Source of the DNA: Malacoraja senta
Taxonomy: Eukaryota
Reading direction: 5' to 3'
Length of the DNA stretch: 64,000 nucleotides
Assembly: GCA_038087875.1 (NCBI GenBank)
Contig: CM075992.1
Coordinates: 6,884,001 to 6,948,000 of the forward strand
Both the position numbers and the translations under genes were made by a program. Shown here in pieces: positions 40,812 through 53,469 of the stretch. Each line of letters opens with the position of its first letter. The stretch's first letter is position 1. The notes beneath the pieces are model-generated. The model was not told the DNA's origin. It saw only the letters and a list, made by a program, of their open reading frames with translations, and ran no database searches.

Positions 40812-41122
40812 TAAATTAAAGTGAATTCTATCCGCACTATCTGCACTTCACACTACCTCGGGAAAGCAGCCAACATAATCACGGACCACTCAACTACTGG
40901 GTCATCCCCTCTTCTCCCTGCTTCCATTGGGCGGAAGACATGGAAGCAGGAAAGCATGTACCACCAGTTTCACGACCAGCTTCTTCCCCATTGTTATCAG
41001 ACTAATAATGGTCCATCATAAGCTAGGGACTAATCCTGATCTCCCAACCAACCTCTTGCAAACATTGGACGTTTTCTCCAGAATTGTAACACTCCAAACC
41101 TGCAAAACTATGATTAGCTATG

Positions 41123-41431
41123 TTTAGTTTAGAAACACAGCGTGGAAACAGATCCTTCGTCCCACCGAGTCTGCACCAACCAGCGATCCCCGCACATTAA
41201 CTCTACTCCACACACACTAGGGATAATTTACAATTTTACCAAAGCCAATTAACCTACAAACCTGTACGTCTTTGGAGTGTGGGAGGAAACCGGAGCACCT
41301 GGAGAAAACCCACGCGGTCATAGGGAGAACATCGTCAAACTTCGTACAGACAGCTCCCATACTCAGGATCGAACCTATGTCTCTGGCGCTGCAAAGGCAG
41401 CAACTCTACCGCTGCGCCACCGTGCCGCCCT
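41123..41431 (-). mobile_element. HE1/V-SINE-type SINE
   Basis: Full-length reverse copy. Confidence 0.85.
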
Positions 41432-43149
41432 ATCATTAACAACACTTTTGGGATGTTCTGCATTTTGAAACATAGATAGAAACATAGAAACATAGACAAT
41501 AGGTGCAGGAGGAGGCCATTCAGCCCTTCGAGCCAGCACCGCCATTCATTGTGATCATGGCTGATCATCCCCTATCAATAACCCGTGCCTGCCTTCTCCC
41601 CATATCTCTTGACTCTACTAGCCCCGAGAGCTCTATCTAACTCTCTCTTAAATCCATCCACTGATTTGGCCCCCACTGCCCTCTGTGGCAGGGAATTCCA
41701 TAAATTCGCAACTCTCTGGGTGAAGAAGTTTTTACTCACCTCAGTCTTAAATGGCCTCCCCTTTATTCTAAGACTGTGGCCCCCTGGTTATGGACTCGCC
41801 CAACATTGGGAACATTTTTCCTGCATCTAGCTTGTCCAGTCCTTTTATAATTTGGTGTGAAAGCAGGCAGATGAGACTCGCTCAGCAAGGCAACTTGGTT
41901 GGCACTGATGCATTGAGCCGAAGGGTCTGTTTCCGTTCTGTACAACTCAGTGACTTTGTTCACTTTCCTTCATAAGACACTTTCCTTCATAAAACTTTAT
42001 AAAGTTACGGTGAGTCATTGAAAGTGGGACTCATGTTTGGAGGCAAACTAGTTTGAGCAGCATTTTAAATCAGTATGTTATCTTGGCATTGAGTCGACTA
42101 TTCACTCAGTGTCTATAGCTCTATAGTTAGCTCCCCAGAACACATCCGAACAACATGTACTTTAATATATATTCAGGGAAAATATGTATCCTAAATATAT
42201 ATTCCCATGCGTCAGAGACTGGCAGGGTGAGTGGAAGAAAATGAGAATTATTTTACAATCCACTTACTTTCTACAAGTTTAAGGTTAAAAAGTTAAAGGG
42301 CAGCCTGGTGGCACAGTGGTAGAGTTGCTGCCTTACAGCGCCAGAGACTCGGGTTTGATCCTGGCTACGGGTGCTTGTCTGTACAGAGTTTGACCTGCGT
42401 GGGTTTCCTCTGAGAACTTTGGTTTCCTCCCGCACTCCAAAGGAGTACTGGTTTGTAATTTAATTGGCTTGGTATAAATGTAAAAATTGTCCCTAGTGTA
42501 GGATAGTGTTAATGTGCGGGGATCGCTGGACTCGATGGGTTGAAGGGCCTGTTTCCGTGCTGTATCTCTAAACTAAACTAATCTAAAGGTGTAGCCATGG
42601 GTAATCACTTGGGTTCCAGATATACCTGCCTTTTTGTAGAAACAAGGAACTGCAGATGTTGATTAATGCACAAAAAGGCACGAGGTGCCGGAGTAACTCA
42701 GCGGGTCAGGTAGCATCTCTGGAGAACATGGATAGATGACGTTTCGGGACAGAAGGAGGGTCTCAGCCAGAAACGTCACCTATCCGTGTTCTCCAGAGAT
42801 GCTGCCTGTCCCGCTGAGTTGCTCCATGCCTTCCTACCATACGATGAAACTTTATTCATCCCTGGAGGGAAATTGGTCTGCCGACAGTCACAACACACAA
42901 GGTACACAGAAACTTGAAGTTAAAAGTGAAAACAAAAAGGAAAAGACAAGCGACTGTTGGGCTGGCTGCCTTCACTGGAACAAATGAACAAACAAACACA
43001 GACTTACCCCTGAGCAGAGGATACTAAACTAGAGTGCACCCCTCCTCCCCCACACCGGGTCCCCCTTTGTTCCCCCACCGTCGCTCACGGTGGTCCCCCC
43101 ACACAGGGTCCCCGTTGTCTACCCCTCCCCCCTCTCGCTCATTGACCGC

Positions 43150-43280
43150 GAGGCCCCACTGCCACCGAGGTTCCCACTGCCGCCGAGGACCACGTTGGCG
43201 AAGAGGCTCCTGTCGCCGCCGAGGCTCACTGCCGCCGAGGCTCCCATTGCCGGCGAGGCTCACTGCCGCTGAGGCTCCCG
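43150..43280. repeat. GC-rich ~18-21-bp minisatellite (ccactgccgccgaggct) inside a reverse SINE-like element (~42836-43290)
   Basis: About six degenerate units. Confidence 0.8.
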
Positions 43281-44199
43281 CTCCTCTTTGTTGGTCATGT
43301 CGAAACATAAGAGTTATACAGCGTGGAAACAGGCCGTGCGGCCCAACGTGCCCACACCAGCCAATATACACTAGTCCCACCTGCCCACGTTTGGTTGAAT
43401 ATCCCTCCAAACCCGTCCTATCCATGTACCTGTGTAAACATTGGGATACACTCCATTTGGAAGCACTTTGTGTCTTTCTCTGTAAAGCAGCATCCACAGT
43501 TCCTTGTGTCTCAAATCCTTTTATTGCCGTGTTAGTGAGTGAACAACTCATGCCCTCGCAAAAGCATCCTTCTGGGGTCTCTGTGACTTTGAATGTTGTA
43601 ACGCTTTGGTCAGCTCTCAGCAGGAGAGTTGTGTGAAGTTGTGGGCACCATCCGATCGGTAGGATGCTGCAACAGTGGAGAGGTGCTGACGAGATTGGCC
43701 TGGACGTTGCCAGCGACGGGGTGTTTCAGTTATGAGGAGAGACCAGGCCTGTTCATAGTAATGGAGTCACAGAGTTTTATAGCGTGGAAAGAGGCCATTC
43801 GGCCCAACGTGCCCACACTGACCAACATGCCCCATCTACACTCGTCCCACCTGCCTGTGTTTGGCCCATATCCCTCTAAACCTGCCCTATCCATGTACCC
43901 GCCGAACTGTTTCATAAACGTTGCGATAGTCCCTGCCTCAACTACCTCCCCCAGCAGCTCGTCCCAAGTTCTCCTGAGAACACCTGTTCTCCGTGGAGCA
44001 GGGGAGGTGAAGAGGGGATGTGCTTGAGGTAGGGTAGATGCAGGAAGCGTTTCCTCATATCAGAGGTCGATAATATTAAATCACATAGGTACAGGGTAAG
44101 AGCGAACTGATTCAGAAGGAATCAGAAGGGGTCTTTCTCACCCAGAGAGCGTGAGCACTGCACTCTAAACATGGCTCTATCTCAGCAATGATTTACTGT

Positions 44200-44502
44200 G
44201 GACTTTAGACTTTAGAAATACAGCGCGGAAACAGGACCTTCGGCCCACCGCGTCCTCGCCGACCACCGATTACCCCGTACACTAACACTATCCTACACAC
44301 TAGGGACAATTTACAATTTTACCAAAGCCAATTAACCTACAAGCCCTGTATGTCTTTGGAGTGTGGGAGGAAACTGGGGCACCCGGAGTAAACCCACGCG
44401 GTCACAGGGAGAACGGACAAACTCCACACAGAGAGCACCTGTAGTCAGGATGGAACCGCGGTCTCTGGCGCTGTGAGGCAGCAACTCTGCCACCGTGCTG
44501 CC
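44200..44502 (-). mobile_element. HE1/V-SINE-type SINE
   Basis: Full-length reverse copy. Confidence 0.85.
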
Positions 44503-45671
44503 CAGTGTGGCCTTTGTTTTGGTTGCACTCTGGATTTGCACTATTATGGTCTGGTTACCTCATATTATTCATTTATTATACCATTGATCATTGTATATTT
44601 ATTGATGTTTTTGCATCTCGAGGCCTGTAAGGCTGCATCAAGTAAGAATATTGTGTGGCGCAGTGGGACAGCTGGTAGAGCCGATGCCTCACAGTGCCAG
44701 AGACCTGGGTTCGATCCTGACCTCAGGTACTGGTTGTGTGGAGTTTGCACGTTCGCCCAGTGACCGCGTGTGATTTTCTCCCGGGTGCTCCGATTCCCAC
44801 CCACATCTTAAAGACGTGCGGGTTTGTAGGTTAATCAGCCTCTGTAACTTGCCCTGGGGAATGGATGAGAAAGTGGGATCACACAAAACTAGTGTGAACG
44901 GGTGATCGATGGCCGGCACGGCCTCGATGGGCCGAAGGGCCAGTTTCCATGCTGGATCGCTAAACTAAACTAAATTAATTTCATTAATTTGTTACCAGTA
45001 TACCTGACATTTAAACACTGCTGACCACTGAGTGGGTCAAGTGCTGTGATGTGAGTATACTGCGGATGGGTGACTGCTGGTCAGTGTGGACATGCGGGCC
45101 GAATGGCCTGTTTCCGTGTGGTGTGACTGTATGGAACAGGTAGGTACATGGACAGCAAAGGAATGCAGGAATCAGGGCCGAATGCAGGAAATGGCATTAA
45201 TGTGGATAAGCATTCAGCTGGCATGGATGAGTTCAGTTTAGTTTAGAGATACAGCGCAGAAACAGGCCCTTTGGCCCAACAAGCCTGCCCCGACCAGCAA
45301 TCCCCGTACATTAGACCTATCCTACACACTAGGGCCATTTAAAAAAGCTATTTTAGCAAAGCCGATGAACCTATTAACCAACTAACCAATTAACCGGCTC
45401 AGCGGCGCAGCGGTAGAGTTGATGCCTTACAGCGCCAGAGACCCGGGTACGATCTTGACTACGGGTGCTGTCTGTACGGAGTTTGTACGTTCTCCCCGTG
45501 ACCTGCATCCTCTGTAAATTGCCCCTCGTGTGCAGGGAGTGGATGAGAAAGTGGGATAACATAGAACTAGTGCGTGAACGGGCGATCAATGGTCAGCGTG
45601 GACTCGGTGGGCCGAAGGGCCTGGTTCTATGCTCTGTGACTATTTGGCAGAGGCAGGACAGATTCATGGAC

Positions 45672-45962
45672 ATGTTACACCCCAGCGGTATGAATATTGA
45701 CTTCTCTAACTTAAAGTAACCTTTGCTTTCCCTCTCTCTCCATCCCTCCCCCACCCTAGTTCTTCGACCAGTCTGACTGTCCTCCTGATTACATTTCATC
45801 TCTGTATGCTTCATTGTCACATTCCCTAACCTGAGAATGATCTATTCTGCATTTCTTTGTTCCTCATCCCCTTTGATGTCTCATATTCACACCTTACCCT
45901 TCCATATCTCTGTGACTCCCTCTCCCCTGACTGTCAGTCCGAAGAAGGGTCTCGACCCGAAA
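45672..45962 (+). mobile_element. Penelope-like element extreme 3' fragment
   Basis: LHPSGMNIDFSNLK*, pyrimidine-rich UTR and a degenerate hammerhead-like core at ~45938. Confidence 0.75.
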
Positions 45963-46187
45963 GGAATAGAGGAATAACGCTGAAGGGCGGAAATGGGATT
46001 ACTGTGTATAGGCATTGGATGAGTTGGTGCCCAAGGGCCCGTTTCCATGCTGTTCAACACCATAGCAACATGGCTAACAGTTGGAGACATTGAACCAAGC
46101 TGGTGGAGTGCAGCACCAGGCCTGTGCTTTCGTTTCCTGGGCTATTCCAGGGATCGGCTGCCGTCCACCACGAAGGATCAGACTTAC

Positions 46188-46224
46188 CGGAGAAGTTGGT
46201 CTTCATCTGCAGCACGTCCGCCAT
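46188..46224 (-). CDS. KANK2: KANK2 first coding exon (MADVLQMKTNFS-G); exon including 5' UTR part is 46188-46279
   Basis: 37-nt CDS ending phase 1 at G|GTAAGT, with acceptor ttcctgtccacag at 46280. Parallels the KANK2 N-terminus MAQVLH...G and joins in frame to the KN exon. Confidence 0.85.
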
Positions 46225-46310
46225 CTTCACCTCCGATCTTCCGACCAACACTCCGAGACCAGCGGATCACACACCGATTCTGTGGACAGGAAGAGCAAGT
46301 CAGCATGGTT

Positions 46311-46632
46311 ATAACCCTGAACCACGGAGTGAATTAATTCCAAGAGCTCTCCCGAGTTTAAAAAAAATCAAACTCGTGGTAAGCACGGAGAATGAACGTA
46401 GCGGGTACGTCGGAGCTCGGGGACGTCACTTAGCGCTAACGGCAGGTACTCGGGAAGACTCGCTAACGGCAGGTAAGCACGGGAAGACTCGTGAAGATTT
46501 TTCAACATGTTGAAAAATGTCCACGAGAGCCCCGAGTACCGACGGGTGGCCATTACCGTAAATCTCCAAGTTTGAATCAGGGCAAACTCGGGAGAACTCT
46601 TGGAATGAACTCGTACCGTGGGACAGGGGTTT
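46311..46632. mobile_element. PIF/Harbinger-type MITE, degenerate left end
   Basis: Right end GTGGGACAGGGGTT; internal similarity to 62749-63084. Confidence 0.7.
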
Positions 46633-47490
46633 TAGTTTTTAATTTAGTTTAGTTTATTATTGTCACGTGTACCGGGGTACAGTGAAAAGGTTTCACGGAG
46701 GACGTCAGAGAGGATTCTCTTCAACTTCTACAGGTGTACTGTGGAGAGCAAATTGACTGGTTGCATCACGGCCTGGTTCGGCAACTTGAACGCCCAGGAG
46801 CGAAGAAGACTGCTAAAAGTTGTGAACACTGCCCAGTCCATCACCGGCTCTGACCTCCCCACCATCGAAGGGATTTACCGGAATCGCTGCCTCGAAAAGG
46901 GAGCCAGCATCATCAGAGTGTGTAGGATGGAACTGCAGGTGCTGGCTTATGCCGAAGATAGTCACAAACTGCTGGAGTAACTCAGCGGGTCAGGCAGCAT
47001 CTCTGGAGAGAAGGAATAGGTGGCGTCTCTTCAGAGTGAGTCCAACACACACTAGATCACCAACTCGGTGTAAGAGGCTCTTTGTTCTGCGCGAGACTTG
47101 TTGGTGTCCCAGCAGAGCGAGATGTCCGTCGGGGAATGTTGCCGACTGGCCCGGTCCAGCCTGCAGGTGTACGTGCTGAGGGACGCACTGAATCTTGGTG
47201 CAGCCAACGCCAAGGCTCTCTGGGGAGGACTACAGTCTAGGGACCTTCCGCTTCTGGGCATTGAGGGGCAGAGTCCGGTGGGGACACCCCCCAAACAGGG
47301 GCAGGGAAATCACCCCAGGGTGGCAAGAGTGCTTGGTTTAAAGATACGTGCGAACACCACTGAGTACAGCACTATTGAATGTGCAAACACTGAGAATATC
47401 TGAAGAGGTTTTGCACAGTTTGTGTTTTGTGTTTATCTTTGATTCTGAATAAAAGTTTATTTTTTGAAAATAAATTACACCTTGATCAGG

Positions 47491-47835
47491 GTGGCACGAT
47501 GGCGCAGCGGTAGAGTTGCTGCCTCACAGCGCCAGAGGCCCGGGTTCGATCCTGACTACGGGTGCTGTCTGTACGGAGTTTGTACATTCTCCCCGTGACC
47601 GCATGGATTTTCTCTGGGTGTTCCGGTTTCCTCCCACACTCCAAAGGTTTGTAGGTTAATTGGCTTTGTTAAAATTGGAAATATGTCCCGAGTGTGTATA
47701 GGATAGTGCTACTGTAGGGGGATCGCTGGTCGGCACGGACTCGATGGGCCAAAAGGCCTGTTTCTGCGCTGCATCTCTAAATGAAACTGGATTGAAACAA
47801 AGCTAAACTAAAAACTAAACTAAACTAAACTAAAC
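47491..47835 (+). mobile_element. HE1/V-SINE-type SINE
   Basis: A and B boxes, core and (ctaaa)n tail. Confidence 0.85.
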
Positions 47836-47941
47836 TGGACATTATCATCCATCCCCAGAGGTGCTGAGGGGATGGTGCATTGTTAAAGATTCTTTCTTTT
47901 ATGTGGCCTCTAAATCTGCAACTATCGCTGTAACACTATAT

Positions 47942-48395
47942 TAGACAATAGACAATAGACAATAGGTGCAGGAGTAGGCCATTTGGTCCTTCGAACCAGC
48001 ACCTCCATTCAATGTGATCATGGCTGATCATCCCCAATCAGTACCCCGTTCCTGCCTTCTCCCCATATCCCCTGACTCTGCTATTTTTAAGAGCCCTATC
48101 CAGCTCTCTCTTGAAAGCATCCAGAGAACCTGCCTCCACCGCACTCTGAGGCAGAGAATTCCACACACTCACAACTCTCTGTGAGAAAAAGTGTTTCCTC
48201 GTCTCTGTTCTAAATGGCTTACTCCTTATTCTTAAACTGTGGCCCCTGGTTCTGGACTCCCCCAACATCGGGAACATGTTTCCTGCCTCTAGCGTGTCCA
48301 AGTCCTTAACAATCTTATATGTTTCAATGTGATCCCCTCTAAACTCCTTCTAAACTCCAGAGTGTACAAGCCCAGCTGCTCCATTCTCTCAGCAT
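47942..48395 (-). mobile_element. CR1 LINE 3' fragment
   Basis: ORF 48038..48301 ending GYGEKAGTGY, plus a (gacaata)n tail. Confidence 0.88.
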
Positions 48396-48889
48396 ATTCT
48401 GCACTCTTGTGTTTTTCTCAATTATACTGGTGTACTCATGAATGGACAGAAAGTGCTGGGGTAACTCAGCGGGTCAGGCTGCATCTCCGGACAACATGGA
48501 TAGGTGACCTTTCTGGGTCGGGAACCTTCCTCAGACTGAAGATGGGTCCAGAGATGGGTTCTCCACCTGAAATGTCGCCGATCCATGTTCCCCAGAGATG
48601 TTGCCTGACCCGCTGAGTTACTCTAGCACTTCTGTGCATTAGCCAACACCTGCAGTTGTTTGTGCCACACAGTGCCACACAGTGCCACGCAGTGACTGCA
48701 CTTAATGTCAGTGTGGCCTCAGCCTCTGCAGTTCTAGGTTTCCCCAGCAGAGGGCTGCAGTTACACAGCGCTGGGAGATTGAACTGTTGGATGAGTTTCC
48801 GGATCAAAGCTGTACTTGCAAGCGGGATAAATACTTGATTGCTTCAATGGGGGAAGGATGCAGCAGGGGAACAGAGTCCGACATTTACC

Positions 48890-49375
48890 AAGACCGCAAC
48901 AAATTGCGGAGAAGTGTGGACGCAGCCCAGACCATCACACGAACCAACCTCCCTTCCATTGACTCCATCTACACCTCACGCTGCCTTGGCAAGGCCAGCA
49001 GCATCATCAAGGACCAGTCTCACCCTGGCCACTACCTCTCCTCCCCTCTCCCATCAGGCAAGAGGTACAGAAGTGTGAAAACACACACCTCCAGATTCAG
49101 GGACAGTTTCTTCTCAGCTGTTATCAGGCAACTGAACCATCCTATCACCAACTAGAGAGCAGTCCTGAGCTATGATCTACCTCATTGGAGATTCTTGGCC
49201 TATCTTTGATCGGACTTTAATGTGCGAAACATTATTCATATTATTCCCTTCATCGTGTATTTGTACACAGTCGATGGCTCGATTGTGATCATGCATTGTC
49301 TTTCTGCTGACTGGATAGCACGCAACAAAAGCTGATCACTGTACACGTGACAATAAACTCAACTCAACTCAACTC
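48890..49375 (+). mobile_element. Rex1/Babar-type LINE 3' fragment
   Basis: LPSIDSIYTSRCLGKASSIIKD..HP..LPSGKRYRS and a (caact)n tail. Related pieces at ~4835, 40075, 46700, 55800 and 61390. Confidence 0.8.
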
Positions 49376-49391
49376 ACGAGATGTGGCTAGA

Positions 49392-50043
49392 CATAAATGC
49401 TGGAGAAACTCAGCGGGTGAGGCAGCATCTATGGAGAGAAGGAATAGGCGACGTTTCGGGTCGAGACCCTTCTTCAGACCGATGTCGGGGGGGGGGGGGC
49501 GGAAAAAAGAAAGGACGAGGCGGAGACAGTAGGCTTGTGGGAGACTGGGAAGGGGAGGGGAAGGAGGGAGGATAGCAAGGACTATCTGAAATTGGAGAAG
49601 TCAATGTTCATACCGCTGGGGTGTAAACTGCCCAAGCGAAATATGAGGTGCTGCTCCTCCAATATGCAATGGGTCTCACTCTGGCAAATGGAGGCGGCCC
49701 AGGACAGAAAGGTCGAATTCGGAATGGGAGGGCGAGTTGATGTGCTGAGCCACCGGGAGATCAGGTTGGTTAGTGCGAACAGAGCGGAGGTGTTGGGCAA
49801 AGTGATCGCCAAGCCTGCGCTTGGTCTCACCGATGTAGAGAAGTTGACACCTGGAAGAGCGGATGCAATAGATGAGGTTGGAGGAGGTGCAGGTGAACCT
49901 CTGCCTCACCCGGAAAGACTGCTTGGGTCCTTGGATGGAGTCGAAGGGGGAAGTAAAGCAACAAGTGTAGCATTTCCTGCGGTTGCAGGGGAAAGTACCA
50001 GGGGAGGGGGTGGTTTGGGTGGGAAGGGACGAATTGACCAGGG
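49392..50043 (-). mobile_element. Penelope-like element 3' part: GIY-YIG ORF end, then hammerhead-like terminal repeat
   Basis: NLIYCIRSSRCQLLYIGETKRRL, ORF end LHPSGMNIDFSNFR*, and the core CTGAAGA..GAAACGTC at ~49449-49478. Confidence 0.9.
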
Positions 50044-50309
50044 AAGGGACAAATTGACTTTTAGTCAATGTGGCAGTCAGCATCACTGAACATTTTCCAA
50101 TTCCCCTTGAACTCAGCCATTTCAAACCACAGTTAAAAGTTAGCTGGAAACACAAGGAACCGCAGATGCCGTTTTACAAAGAAACGCCACAAAGTGCTGG
50201 AGTAACTCAGCGGGTCAGGCAGTATCTCTGGAGAACATGGATAGGCGACGTTTCAGGTCAGGACCTTTCTACACACACCTATCGCGTTCTCCGTTAAAAG
50301 TCAACGGAG

Positions 50310-50717
50310 CCTCCTAATAGATAAATTTGACCAATTCATAACGAGTTGGTCTCCATTTGTCATCTTTTTGGAAACATATGGTGCAAAACAGGTGTAAAAG
50401 CTAATCCGTGACTGCGGATGGTCAAGATTATAAATGATCTCCTTCTATTTTCTTTTCTTCTTTTCTTTTCATTTATTCTCTTTCTTCTATTTTCTATGTC
50501 TCAACTTTCTTATTTCATTCTTTATTTTTCTTTTTCACACACTATATATCTCACATTTTTCTATTTTTCATTATCTAACTTTTTTCTTTTTCTTCTTTAT
50601 TTCAAAAAATTTAAAAAATAAGAAGCTGTACATAAAAGGTATTATGAAAATATGATTGTATACAATTGTACTTACTTCTAATAAAATAAAAATAAAAAAA
50701 ATAAAAAATAAATAAAA
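50310..50717 (+). mobile_element. 5'-truncated L1-like insertion with poly(A) and a 14-bp TSD
   Basis: TSD AAAAGTCAACGGAG (50296-309 and 50718-31) at a TT/AAAA site. ORF2-end-like FDQFITSWSPF, T-rich UTR, AATAAA and A tail. Confidence 0.75.
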
Positions 50718-51111
50718 AAAAGTCAACGGAGAACGCGGGCTAATTGCCCCGAATGCGCAGGAAGTGGATGGGAAAGTGGGATAACATAGAATTAGTGTGT
50801 GGTAGACACAAAATGCTGGAGTAACTCAGCGCGTCAGGCAGCATCTATGGAGAGGAATGGCCGACGTTTCGGGTCGAGACCCTTCTTCAGACTTCTGCAG
50901 GTTTCTTACGCATAGAATTAGTGTGAATGGGTGATCGATTGTCGGCATGCACTCGGTGGGCCGAAGGGCCTGTTTCCATGTTGTATTTTTCAATGCTCGC
51001 AACAGATCAGGTGGTGGGCTTATCATCCATAGAGAATCGAACCTCTCAGCCCTTTGTGACACCACTCACAAGAATTTTATTGAATGCTTTTGAAAGCTGC
51101 ATAAAAGGGCT

Positions 51112-51685
51112 GTGAAAGGGCTGGCCGTCCTCGGAGCGTGAGGAGCGGTGGTGGCTCGCTGCTGCGGCCCGACTACGGAGCTCCAGCTGCAGCTGCAGAC
51201 CTGTGGACTGTGACATCGGGAGCTCGCGGGTCCGGGTGAGAGACCGCTTTCCGGAGCTCCCGCAACGCAACTTCTCCCGCCCGTGTCGCGGGGTTGGAAC
51301 GACCCGGAGCGGGGCCGTAAATCGCCCGGCGCGGCTTAATGGCCGCGGGACATTCCAGCGCCCGCCGGGGGCTCCAACCTGTGACTTTTGGGCCTGGAGC
51401 GAGGCCGTATACCGCCCAGCGCGGCCTCAAGGGCCGTGGGACTTAACATTGCCCGCCTGGGGCTTCAACATCGGGAGAAGGATGGTGCAGGGGAGAGAAA
51501 AGACTTTGCCTTCCATCACAGTGAGGAGGAGATTCACTGTGATGGATGTTTTTCTGTGGATTGAATTGTTTGTGTGTCGTGTAGGAACTGTTTTGTTTTG
51601 TTTGACTGCAGAAAGCAAATTTCGTTTGAACTTCATTTGAGGTTCAAATGACAATAAATGGTATTGTATTGTATTGTATTGTATA
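51112..51685 (+). mobile_element. CpG-rich SINE-like retroposon with LINE-type tail
   Basis: GC-rich body with an internal direct repeat, then gacaataaa and a (gtatt)n tail. A related reverse tail lies at ~3395-3570. Confidence 0.55.
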
Positions 51686-52064
51686 ATCTGTGAGATCTCC
51701 TTTGTACACTGTGTAATTTGTTGGAGAGATTTGATTAAATTAGTTGTGCCCAGCCGTATCTAAACGCAAGGCAGGTTACCACAATCTAATTATTGCAAAT
51801 GCTCTACCTGATTATGTTTCTCCACATCACCCTGAGAAAACCAGGAGTCCTCTTCACCCCCTAACTCCCCAACTACTGAGCATAGGGACTCCAGCTGGGG
51901 GGCGGCACGCTGGCGCAGCGGTAGAGTTGCTACCTTATAGCTCTTACAGCGCCGAAGACCTAGGTGTGATCCTGACTACCGGTGCTGTCTGCAGGGAGTT
52001 TGTACGTTCTCCTTGTGACCTGGGTGTGTTTTTCCGTGATCTCCGGTTTATAGACAATAGGTGC

Positions 52065-52202
52065 GGGGTGGGAGATTGCAACCTTCACGTGGTCCGCCCT
52101 GTTTCGACTAATGCAATCAACCTGCCGTGCACAATCAAATAAGATCAAATAGAACAAGTTGTCCTACACTTTAGGCTGTGCACGCCATACGCAAGAAGAA
52201 GA
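52065..52202 (+). mobile_element. 138-bp retroposed insertion with (GAA)n tail and a 13-bp TSD
   Basis: TSD AGACAATAGGTGC (52052-64 and 52203-15). Confidence 0.75.
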
Positions 52203-52729
52203 AGACAATAGGTGCAGGAGTAGGCCATTCGGCCCTTCGAGCCAGCACCGCCATTCAATGTGATCTTGGCTGATCATCCCCAATCAGTACCCCGTTCCTG
52301 CCATCTCCCCATATCCCCTGACTCCGCTATTTTTAAGAGCCCTATCTAGCTCTCTCTTGAAAGCATCCAATGAACCCGCCTCCACCACCCTCTGAAATAG
52401 ACATTTCCTCCCACACTCCAAAGATGTACAGGTTTGTAGGTTAATGGGCTTGGTGTAAATGTAAAATTGTCCCTAGTGTGTGTGGGGATAGTGTTCATGT
52501 GCGGGGGTCACTGGTCGGTGTGGACTCGATGGGCCGAACAGCCTGTTTCCATGCTGTATCTCTAAACTAAACCTGCCCAATGTATCTCACCACCCTCCAT
52601 CAACCCTCACCACCCTCTGCCCAGTGTCTCACTACCCCTTGCCCAACCCTCACCACCCGTGCCCATCTCATAAGCTCATATGTTATAGGAGAGGAATTAG
52701 GCCATTCGGCCCATTCAATGGCTTGGGCT

Positions 52730-53090
52730 CACACACAGACACATGCACGCGTACATGCACATACACACATGCACACATACATATGCACGCCCAAACATAC
52801 ACACAGACACACAAGCACACATAAACATACACAAGCACACGCATACACGCGTGCACTCACACACAGATAACCACATCTGACAGGAGCATTCCCACATCAT
52901 TGTAGACACAGGGACAGACACAGACACACACACACACGCCATAACAAAGGGACAGGCATGCTCGCTTGTCTACACTCATACAGACACAGATACAAAGAGA
53001 CAAACACACGACAAGCGCACAGACACACACACACACACACACAATACATACACACACATATACATGCACAAACACACACACACACAAACA
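52730..53090. repeat. Degenerate (CA)n repeat
   Basis: Direct reading. Confidence 0.93.
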
Positions 53091-53105
53091 TAGAAACGGG
53101 CTCAC

Positions 53106-53340
53106 AGAGCAGGACACGTAACTAAAGCTGTCCTCATCTTCAGGGCGTGTGGGTTGGGGTTGAGTGCTGGGCTGGGCTGGGCTGGGCTGGGCTGGGCTGG
53201 CTGCCCCTCTGTCCGTTGTCCTGGGACTGGGACTCTGGCTGAGCTGTGATCTGATCCTCACTCCCACCGCCTCACAGCCAGCGGTGACGGCTCTACAGCC
53301 AATGTGTCTGACGTTCTGTATCATGTGATAATGCTTACAG
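53106..53340 (-). promoter_or_regulatory. Candidate KANK2 promoter and non-coding first exon
   Basis: Unique GC-richer island with a CCAAT box (53299-53303), two TGACG half-CRE sites and (CCCAG)n. A minus-strand donor-like GTGAGC lies at 53105-53100, 7 kb upstream of the ATG exon. Confidence 0.4.
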
Positions 53341-53469
53341 TCCTGGGTTTAATGTTATCCGAAGACTCCCATCCTCACACATCGCTGACCTGCCTTTACT
53401 CTCCTCTCCTCTCATTAACCCCTTCACTGCTGTGTTCTTTTCTCCACATCTTCGACTGATGAATTTCAC

